From Ruditapes philippinarum (lineage: Eukaryota), in assembly GCF_026571515.1 (NCBI RefSeq), contig NW_026865113.1:434001-498000 (forward strand): a DNA stretch of 64,000 nt, in the 5' to 3' direction. The notes under the pieces were generated by a model that worked only from the letters and a program-made list of their open reading frames with translations, ran no database searches and was not told the origin of the DNA. Positions 51,299-63,100 of the stretch are shown here, one piece after another (position 1 is the first letter of the stretch; each line of letters begins with the position of its first letter). A program made the position numbers and the translations under genes.

Positions 51299-52431
51299 AC
51301 ACATCGGTGTATGCAAATTTATAATCTAATGTCAGTGCTTAAAATAAAGTGATAAAGAACGGATTTTGTTCTTTTACCTACAAATGATGGCCTATTTTGC
51401 TGAATTACATAAATGAAGACAAAGTATGAAAAAAAGATTGCCTCCTCTGAGCTTATAACTTGCACCAAAACTCTGTGTTCTCATTGAAAATGAAGACTCT
51501 TTCAGGAATAAGAATTTGCATTAAGCATTGAATACTTCATATTCATTTTAATAAGATGTTTACCTATTTCTTAGCGGGACCCATAAGTTTTACCATTATT
51601 TTGTCAGCTGCAGAAAGAGCAGCAGAGTACCAGAAGCAGCAACAGAGAGAACAACAACAACAAGTATAGGCAATTGCAATATGACATTGACTTCAAAATG
51701 TATGTCAGTTAAGGGGTCAATATTTTAAAGATGAAATAGGGGTTAAAATCCGGTTAAAAAGGACCCCTTAACAACTTGTATCAACTCTACTCTAAGTGTC
51801 AGTTAAAATACTGCGCAATGTTTCTTAATATTAATACATTATGATTTTATAATGCAATTAACATTCCTAAAACTTATAGCATTTAAGAATGTATTTTATT
51901 ATTATTACTTTTTATAAATGATAGACTGTAAATATAATTAAGATTTCAAATTACAAAAATGTAATATATTGTTATCATTTATAAGTGCACCTAACATATA
52001 AATGTATAAAAATCTTAGATAGATAAAACATCATAAAACCATGAATAACTATTCATAAAAATGTAAGAAGGATAACTTTACAGCACACATTACCGAAGTT
52101 TAAATGCATTGCATATAAATCTCTCTTATATCTACATATCGCCATGTCTTTTTAAGATAATTTTATCTTTGATTTGATCTTTTTAATTTTTTTCATCATA
52201 GAGTTATGTACATCCTTTCCTAATAGATTAGCATATGTGTAGCGTGTACCGAGCGGTCGGTTATTTAATCTATAGCTACAAAATAAAATGATTTAAAATC
52301 ACAAGATTCCCAAATGCAAATATATAATTTTTCTCGGGATGCCTAACCTTATGATTGGAAAATAACTAAATAAAAATCGTTGACTGCAAAATAACAATCT
52401 TACTCCACTTCTTAAATTATTCAAAATGAAC

Positions 52432-52617
52432 ACATCTGCGGATGTTTCTAAATTCAAAATTTTACTATTTCATGTTTAAATGTTGAATTCTGCTTAAGCC
52501 GGTGCTAGGGGGCGTAGACGGTAACTTGCACTTTCCAGTACCGTCCATGAACAGGCTCAATCAAACCGAGCCTGCAACATTTTCAATTTTGCCGTGTTGG
52601 GCTTTCTTTAGGGATTC
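52432..52617. repeat. Inverted copy of the 5225-5402 dispersed repeat
   Basis: Reverse-complement match to 5225-5402. Confidence 0.8.
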
Positions 52618-53826
52618 AGTATTTATCTATTGTATAGTCAAAAAGAAACAATTTATATTCTTAAAAACAATTCTCAAACAAATACCAGTCGAAAGCTAAA
52701 CCTATCCTTCATTCCCCTTCTTTTACATTTCAACAATCTCTTATCCTACATTCCTTTCTAAAGATTCAAACATTGATAACAAAAAATTCTTCAATAATCA
52801 TTTGCCTTATAAATATATAGCATCCTTAGTACCAGATATCCGAGATTTCTGTGTACTAGTAACTATATATATAGCTTTAACTTCAACCATAATATTTCTA
52901 ATCAACCGTTTGCCCGAGATCTTACTGAAACAATAGAACATTTCAGTACCAGATATCTGAGATTCTGTGTACATGAAAATGCTACTATCATTACGATCCA
53001 ACTCTTACAAGGACATAACCAAACATATTTCAAATATCTATTCTCTGAAAATACTTAAACTAAACAAATACTCAGAGATTTGACAGATATAGTAAAACGT
53101 CCTTAGTGCCAGATATCTGCGATTTCTGTACACTAGTATGTATTTACTACGTCGTTCCCTTCTATACACATACATGTTCAAACCAACTTAAACTACCCAT
53201 TTCTTAAACTTTCTTTTATCGAACGTTTGTCCATGAGGTTTCACAGAAGCAGCAAGATATTTTTAGCACCGGATATCTAAGATGCATCGGTACTAGTAAA
53301 TATAATACTGCTCTGATCTGCCCCACGGACGAAACCAAATTGAATCTTTTGCGCTGCGAATGCTCTATTTATACTAGTGATTGAACCATCTCTGCAGTGA
53401 ATAAAAACAATGATTTTGATTGGCTAATAAAAATAAAACGTTTCTTGATACTGATTCTAACAAAATCTTATAAGCGTCTGTTACTTAAAAATATTTCTCT
53501 TATGAATTACTGTGAACAATATATAAACAATTTCAAATACAAGCACTTTGAATGATACCCTAAAGTTATACAGATTTTAAAGTTAAAATGATTAAAATAC
53601 TTACTCTTTATACCATGACAAATTTACAAATACATTATTATATTTTTCCAATACAAATGGTGAACTTATAGAAAGGGGAGGCAATAGAGTTACCCATCAA
53701 GTACGTTTCCGTCAGATATGTATGTACATGTATCTTTTACAAACGAATTAAAAGACATTTTCAGTTGACAACTTAACATTCATAACGCAAAAGGTAAGCA
53801 AGTTAAAAAATTACGATATTACAACA

Positions 53827-54149
53827 TTATGATAAATAACACCTTTTACTTTGTTCATATTCCCTTTGTCTTATCCTTTCTTTCTCAGCTCTTCTTCTTC
53901 TTTTTTCTCGTTCCCTTTCTTTCTCATCTTCAAGTTCCTCTTCAAGTTCCTCCTTCATTCTTCTTAGCTCTTCTCTATGCTCTGCAGCTTTTCTTTTTTC
54001 TCGTTCTTTTTCTTTCATTTTAGCCTTTTCCATTTTTTCTTCGAAAAACCTGCGTTGATCATCAAGTTTTGTCTCCAGTTTTATTCTCTCATTTTCTTGT
54101 GACTGTATCAACTCAGTTTTCAATGTGTTTAGTTTTGTAGTCATAACAT
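53827..54149 (-). CDS. GBP: GBP last exon (E/K/R-rich coiled coil, CaaX CYLS)
   Basis: Acceptor ccaatag| at 54150-54151, phase 1; ORF 53827-54144. Confidence 0.85.
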
Positions 54150-57100
54150 CTATTGGTTATATATGGATAACATTAAGAACGTAATGGCATCATGGACAAA
54201 AAAATAAATTAAAAGAAAGATTAGCAGATTATTATAAATGGCCAAGATAATGACTTTTTTAAAAGTGAATATTTTTCTAGGTAAAAAGTTAACATATTAG
54301 TTATAGAATATATCTGACCCTTATGATTTGTTTTCATATTGATATAAAGATTAATTAAAATCAAGGTTGCTATTACCGGAGTGCGGAGAAAATCAAACTT
54401 GACAAGTTTTTTATTCGAATACATACTTGCATGCCAAACACAGTTAATTCAATAATTTCACAAAATATTTCGCTGAAAACGGGACATAGTATTACCAAGA
54501 ATCAACTGATTGCAATGAATATCAAATGTAACTTGTGTTTTGGTATAAGAAACTTGCATGCCAAAAATAAACAGAAACATTGAAATCCTATAAAAGTTTT
54601 GATGAAATCTATAATTTCACTTAAATATTGATTACAAAGGAGCAGAACTTTATCAACAATGAATTGATTGCAACAACAATTAAAGTTGACCTGTGTTGTA
54701 ATATGAAATAATTACATTCCTCAAATAAAAACACAGTTACTTAAAATCTTTTAAAGTTATGCAGCGAAAACCAATAATTTTACAAATAAAAGCTTAAAGG
54801 GGCATATCGCTATTATTAAAGAATTGATTGCAGCCAAAATCAAACCTACGTTTTGATATAACATACTTACATGCAAAATATAAACACAGTCATCGAAAGC
54901 GCTTAAAAAACTTTGTGCTGGGGAAACCAAAAAAAATCACTGAAAAATTCTTAAAAAGGGACATAACTAATAACAGCCAAAATCGAATAAGATAAAACAA
55001 ACTAACAAAACATGCTGAATATAAACACTTTCACTGAAGTCCTTTAAAAGTTTTGCTACGGAAACATGTTAGCTACGGACAGACGGACAGACAACGCCAT
55101 ACAATAATACGTCCTGATGGTCTTCGGTCGGATAAAAAGAGTACTATTGATTTGAAATAAAACACAATTTTAGGCACAGTATTGCTAGAATGTTTTTGAA
55201 TATTAGCAAATACTTTAAATATCTTCAGGAAATTGAAATGAGCATCGTAAAATATATCATTAAGGAGAATAGACAAAAAAGTAAACATCAGATATAAAAT
55301 GGTACTATACCTTTTGACTCTTTCTCTGACAACTTTTTATCCTCTGTCATCATCAGCTTATTTTCATGTATCATTTTGCTTTCAAAATCGTGTTGTGCCT
55401 TTATTCTCTGCAATTAATATATGAACAATAGACTACTTCACGCAGGTCTTTCAATAGTCTTACAGTTTAAAAATATGAAAACAAAGATCAGCAAAGATAT
55501 GCAACTTTCACTGCATGTAGCCCGAAACATAGGACCTTAGGCAAAGGACCCATTTGGGCACCAGACAAAAACAGAACTCAAATTGAGTTTCATATTCCAC
55601 GCATTCTATAAAGTTTAAATGAACTTATTAACCCCGAAATCCCATATCTCGCTTTCTGTGCCCTTCTCTCAATTTGGCATTTTCCCGGTGCCTTACCAAC
55701 GAAACTTTTTCAGTTTTAAGCAGTGAAAAATTTAACTCCGCCGGTTTTGTTTGCCCACAGCTACACGACATAAAATCCTTTTGTTTTTCGTGATAACCAG
55801 CTCAACCAGTGACTAAGTATTATCCATTTGTAGCAATGGAATAGCCAGTCAGCCAATTTGCATAAATTTGTATAAGCTTGAAATGTACATGGTCCTATAT
55901 TGCTGAATACTGTTGTGAGCTGCTTTCCATGAACGTTTTCCTTCCTTATTGGCCTTTGCTGTTATATCATTACAATTATTATACACAGTCAAATTTATCA
56001 GACACTGTAATAATATTCATTTCATTTAAAGCAGAAACAACACAAAAACATATTAAAAGTGAATCTTTTGATCAGATGTAGTAAAATAAGAAAAAATATC
56101 ATACTGCTAAAAACGTAAATAAATGACTTGAAATGAAGATAGTAAATTAATTGCGTATATATTATTTGACTGTAAACGTAAAAGCCCGCGAATAAAGTGC
56201 TGGATTATGAAAATAGGCTTAAATAAAGAGAAATAAAGATTCCTTGAAGAACATCAAAAGGGCAATATGAAAATATTGCTGGCTCGGTTTGTTTGTGCCA
56301 GCTTATGCATAATTCATATATAACGTAGAATGGTAAAAGTTTGTCATGGAGACTTCAATGTGACACAGTAGTGCACTTCCATGAAAAGCGGTGTATGGTA
56401 AAAAAATTGATATCGCCCTAAACGAGAAAAGTAGTGGCGAAACTAAATATATTATATTGGAATTTAAATTAAGCTTACGTATCACAGATAAGCTGTCAAA
56501 AGACAAATTCAAAAAGTAGGTACCATATTATATAATTATACATAAAAGTGACGAAAACTGTGTCCACGTAACTAGAAGTAAAAATCAAAATACCAACAAA
56601 GACAACAATTATTTTCATGATCGGAAATTAAACCGAAACAATACCTCAGCGATGTCTATGTTTTTTAGTTCTTTATTGTATTCATCATATAGTTTATGCA
56701 TGTCTTGGTCGTAGACATCGTGGCCACCAGAGGTTGCGTACTTTCCCTTTTTAATATTTACTTTCACAGTTTCCTCGTGCATCTTGTGGAGTGTATCTAT
56801 ACATTTCTCATATAAAAGCTTTGAATTATGCTTTTCAAATTGTTCATAAAGTGTTTGCATTTCAGCCTGCAAAAAAATAATGTATAAATGGTTGGAGAAA
56901 CAATAGTAGGAAGATTTTGTTGATATAAAATTTTCGCTAACTTATATTTTATAACAAACTTGTATCATTTCTTAAAGGATATAAATTGAGACTTAGCTCA
57001 GTACGAGTATAACTAACCATATGTTCTAGCTACAATTAAAGTTTATAAGGACAACATTGTTAAATGATTGAATCCGTGATGTTCCTATGTGGTTAAACCA

Positions 57101-60100
57101 TTTTAATTTAACATAACAACGAAACAAGAATATAAAGATATGTTCTCCATGTTTAATTGTTATCAAATTTGTTATTTAGATAAACAAACTCTTTACAATG
57201 CGAAATACTTATTTTACCTCTGTTGACTTTTGGAATTTGCTGTCTGTATCAAACATCAGTTTGGACTGCAGACTTGATAACTTCTCTTTTTTGAACTTTA
57301 TGTGAGAATCACACAATTCGTTTTTGTCATATACCGGAATCTGTGTTTGTTTCAGAAATACTTTGTACTCTTCGACAGCTACATTTGCATGCTTTCCGTT
57401 TTCTTGTCTTGCCATGATCATCATAGCATCTTCGACACATGGTACATTGCCATCACTTATTGTGGTTACATATTCTCTTAGAAGTTTAGCTAACACTATA
57501 ATAAGAATACCATTCATAACTTTCAACCAGATCTTCGCTTAAACCAAAATGCTTATTGTTGAGAAAGAGCTAACGGAAGTCACCAGGCCAAGATCAAATA
57601 AATTACTGATATTGTCTCCTAAAAACTCTTTAGAGTTAATTTTAAGTTGCATTACACGATTTATTAGATTTTCAATTTTCAAGTTTCTACCTAGAATACT
57701 TACACTAAGACATATATTATTTGATACATCAGCATAGAACAAAATTAATTATAAAACATTTTATAATATCTTAAAAATTACTTCATACAGTTAATATTTG
57801 TGTAGTTTTCACTAACTATTCTGCTTCATCAAACTCTTACAGAAACAAATATTTATGAAGATATATACAAATAATTAAATGACTATAATAAAGAAACGAA
57901 AACGTTTATTTCAATATTTTCTCATATTTATATATAAGCTTATATTTAATGATATTAAACTACTTACTGCTTCCTGTTACGGGCGATTTATTAAGAAGAT
58001 ATTTTCCTGGGCAAGTATAAATATATGCCAAGAATTTCTCTGTTTCATGTACAAAATCCTCGTTAAGGTCTTCTTCTCTGGCCAAATCTAAAGTTCTCAT
58101 TACTTTTCGACCAGCTGGTCTGTCAAATGTAAACACTTTCCTCCGTGTGAAGTATCTCTTAATACATTCTCGTGGTCTGTTATATTTCTCATCTTCTTGG
58201 GTCTCAGCGGTTTTTGTTTGGAGGCACATTTCTAGATATTCATCGGCCGTCATTTCTTCTCCATTGTGTTCTAGTTCAAGATTGAAATCTCGGACACAAA
58301 GTACAAATTGAGGCATAATACTTTCTAGACCGTCATTAGACGAATCGTTTGCGGATACTTTTATATTTTGTGACAGCATGGTGACATATATTATAAGTTG
58401 TTAAGGTATCAATTTACAAAATTGAAAAGAAGTACGCGAGATCTTTCTGGTGCTATTTAGATTTAAATGTCTTGTGTGTATAAATGGTTAAGTTTCCATC
58501 AAGTAAAGAAGTCATCTACATAAATATGAACTGTCAAAGCTATCAAACGTATCAAAAATTATGGAAAAGTTTTATTTAAAGTATTAACCAATGTATTGGC
58601 AGCATATTCAATTATGAGAATGTGCTCTTGTTTCTGTTCAAGAAACTTATTAAAGTCAGTTTAATTGGATAGTAATTATTTTCCACAATTCATAATTCAG
58701 ATAACATAACACTGATTCTATTTATAAATAATTTTAAACATTAGTTTCTTAAACAACTTACGAGTATAAGTTCATCATTTATTTCATTTATTCTAGAAAT
58801 TCATAGTAATATTTTAGAAATTCAAAGTAATGTTTGTCCATTACAGCAAACTATTCACATATGTTAATATCAAAGCAGAAAAGGATACGTTAGTTTCTCA
58901 ACTGCATCTTGATTAAAAGCTGACATCACATTGTATACTAACGTGCTGCTGATTAAAGTAGTCAGAGTAAATATTTTATTGTCATGGTCAATATCACCCT
59001 ACAAAGACAGACAACTATAACATACATATTTTTTTGTCATTTCAATATTTTCGTCAATATTTTCGAACAATTACAAAAATCTTTACAAATGTGTCTCATG
59101 TCAACATACATATTACAATCAATATCAGATGCCATTTAAGAAAATGAAAATAACTGCCTGGAAAGACTCTGTCTGTCTCTGAAGTAATGGATCGTAGGTT
59201 CGAGCCCTGTTTAGGCCACGACCATAACTCCCCAAGTTGCACCAGTTCTTGTGAGTTCTAGCAGGCGGTCCGACAAAAAAGGCTCCAAGCCAAGCGAGTT
59301 AATATATAAAAATTAACAGTGTATCGTTTGCAAAACATTATGGCTGCACATGCCGAATCTAAAACAATGATAACTCTTTAAGAATTAAAACATATACTAA
59401 ATATTTTCATTTATTATCTATCTTTTTACCAAACACTTGGTATAAATCACCTTTGTAGCATCTCCTAAACCTTCAGTATCGAGTAACAATAATACTTCAT
59501 TTTGCTTTTTAGGGTGTGGTCTGCACCATGCCCAAATACCTTTAGTACATGAATCTATTGAGCTACCCATCATGAACCCTAAAATTGTAAAAATATCTTA
59601 ATGTATTATACACAGGATCAAAATAGTGTCATTTTATTAAATATAACCATGCATCCGTATAATGCATATTGAATTATAAGAATGTCTTTACAGTAATATA
59701 AAATAAGAAAATGAAAAAGGTGTAGCATTTCGGTAAAAAGTAATGTTGATAACATTTTGTTTTTGTTTTTAGATACATTTACCCGGAATACACTTGATCT
59801 CACTCTTCCACATTTAAAGATCCTTTATGTTATAATTAAGGTTGTTACCGCACTTAAGTGAAATTTTATATCTGTATACAATTATGCTTCTAAAACAATT
59901 TTCAAACATCGAATAATATGTAAAATATGTACTGCAAATATTTCAGCACATTTTATGTAATCATTAAGATAAATGCATTCATTTCTTATTGGAAAATTTG
60001 ATTTAAACTTCATAGAAAATACATTTCTAATTATCTCCCTTTATTAACATAAAATGTAAATTCGGTAATATCTTTACAAATAAGGCTTTTTGGAACTTAC

Positions 60101-63100
60101 ATTATTGAAAAATCTTCATTTGAGCATTATATTTATGATATTAAGCCATAAAAAATGAGTTACAGAATCTTTAAGTACATACTATCAATGGAAAGACCTC
60201 ATAAGATACTAGTAAACACACCAATGCAATGTTCTATTTCCTATATACCGGTATATGTCTTATATAGGTTTACATGTAGATTCCTAAAGATTTGTAAGAA
60301 TCATTATCAACTTTCGTGTTTAAGATAATATATCAATATTTTGATGGGCTGTGTTAAATGTTTGACAATGAACAAAAAGTAAGAGACTATTCAGTTACGA
60401 GGTTTGCTACTTTTATTAAACTCGACTACAGGACTAGATATCGATAAACTTTTTAACCTTGCATTTGAGTGTCATTGTTAGACGTAATCATGCTTAATCT
60501 ATCATGGTAGAAACGCTGAAAAATGTTTATAATTCAGCCATGAAAGGTCTTTATTTGGTTTTAAAGTTTTGTACCAACAGTTCTTTATAATGAGTTATGA
60601 AAGGCCATATTCTTACAGCATGGTAATTCATCCATGGTTTACAAAAATAGTCTAAGGTAAACGAAAAGCAAACTTATATATAATTTCAAAGACTTTTATT
60701 TCATCGAATCTATGATTAAAACCACCTACCAGAGTTTCTTCCAGCCAATCGATTCATCAGGTAGGATTTACCTGTTCTGTAAAGGCCCGCTATAGCTACA
60801 ACATTTAATGGCATCTCAATTTTCTCTAACGCCCTCACTGTGTCGTCTACAACTTCAAGAAGTCCATTGTTGGATGATATTAAACACATCGGCTTTTCAA
60901 ATATCCAATCTTGTTCTCTACAAATATTTATTTCAATTTGAATGTAAGATGATATTAGACACATCGGCTTTTCAAATATCCAATCTTGTTCTCTACAAAT
61001 ATTTATTTCAATTTGAATGTGAGATGATATTAGACACATCGGTTTTTCAAATATCCAATCTTATTTTCTACAAATATTTATTTCAATTTGAATGTGAGAT
61101 GATATTAGACACATCGGCTTTGTTCTCTACAAATATTTATTACAATGAAAAATCCCTGACAATGTTTGTTAGATAAGCATTAATCTGTAGGCAATGATAT
61201 ACGCACTGCTGAAATAATGAAACTTTATTTGTATTTGTTTTAACATTTTGCATAATCTTTGTTTCATGAAATAGGGTTACCAGTTGTATAGTTTGTAACG
61301 GAAAGAAATATTTTTTCGAAAAAAGGAAAACAAAGCTCAACAAGGCAAGGTGACAATCATAAGCTATTAGAAACTTCTACATACATAATATGTATTAGAA
61401 AATTCATATGTATAAGATACATGTATCATACTACATCGTATAGTTTACTTTTCAAGCAACATATATCTATTCCTGTATATGATTGAACATATATTAAATT
61501 GCTTTTGGAATCATACCTGTCTTTGTCAAGCTCTTCTGACATGATCATTTGTTCGGTTTCAGTTTCTACCACATTTGTGCCAGCATTGGGTTTTTGTTCA
61601 TCATTACGTCCCACCGAGGTGGTACTGAAAAGATTTCATAAAGCCAATATAAGTCAACATTATGCTCTGATAATGGAATTTAAAAAAATAATATAAAATG
61701 TATTAATACTGAAATAGGTCATCACGACGAAAGTAAATGACACAAAAATAACAAGCAAGAAACTTAAAAAAGTAGAAAAAACAAGAAACAACAACAACAA
61801 AAAAAACACATACAAATACAAATAAAACAAAAAACATGAAAAAAAAACACAATCAAAACAAACAAACAAATAAACAAACAAACAGCAAACAAACAAACAA
61901 CAGAAACAGATGTAATTTTGAGTTAAGAGTTACATTGTTTTTCAAAATGGGTAATGTTGTCAGTATCGGGTTTTTCTTTCTCATTAAGCGTCCTGAAACG
62001 ATGTTAATACTATAAATATTAAACCACCTAACGTTCTTAAACGATATGTTTTACAATTCACCATTTTACCAATTGAGAGTCCTTAAACTACGAGTGTCTC
62101 GCATCGACACTATAACGAAAATTTTAAGGCCTCTCAACGTCCTGAGATCATATTATAGCATTACTTATAGCTATAAATGTCTTAATTCTTGAGACAACGT
62201 TATAATAAATACAAAACTAAGACCCTCAAGCCGCCAAAGTATCCTAAAACGATACATGTAAAAACATCATTTTATTGATATACAAATCAATTAGGTCGCC
62301 ACTTTAAATAATAAATAATATTATATTATTGGCTGATGACATGTCCGGTGTATGTACTCTTAGTGCCTTAAAGGGCGGATGCCCCTCATTGAGCATAGAC
62401 TACCGACAAGCCCGCAAATGATGTTATAATAACATGATTGATCTATACAAATGTCCAGAAACTATGTAATTATGCCATAAATAAGTTAAATATAACACAT
62501 CATGGTTATTACAATGTACTGTTTCATACAGGAGAAAACAACCACAAAAAATGAGATAAATATTTCTTAAAATACTACTTAAAATTCTTGAAAGGTTCTT
62601 ATTATTATACCTATTCTTATCAAGTTTTTTTGAAAGTATCTTCTGTTCAGTTTTGGATTCCACACCTGTTCCAGAATGGCCATGTGTGTCAGTATCAGAA
62701 CTCTGTTTAACATTAGGCCCATCTGAAGACCTACAGCGATAATGACAATAAAACAGCAGCATTATTTTTCATATTAAATAAGGGCTTTCATACATTTAGT
62801 GATTTTTTAAAAAAATCCCAACAACATTTATAAAAGTGTGAATAAGATATCGTGTTACTTTTAAACATCAAAGAACTATCAATAACTCAAATACAGTACT
62901 GTATTCCTAGAAAAGATTTCGCGCGTTTTAAGTTAGCGCTTTTCGCGGTAGGCATGATTCCGCGAATCTTTATTGTCGCGATTATGTCACTTATAACAAA
63001 TCTGCGATGATTTCTAGCTTCAACCAAATAAAAACATAAACATGCAGAATATTTATTATAATCTACTTACACAAGAAACATATAAACACAGGTGCTATAG

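Noticed and set aside
51608-51669. Possible small plus-strand terminal exon (AERAAEYQKQQQREQQQQV*)
   Set aside because: No partner exons found; explainable as a CAG/CAA-rich low-complexity tract.
52820-53300. CRISPR-like spaced repeats
   Set aside because: Eukaryotic context, degenerate repeats, long and mutually similar spacers, no cas genes.
61660-61896. 78-aa hydrophobic ORF as a membrane protein
   Set aside because: Translation of a (TTTG)n-like low-complexity intronic tract.
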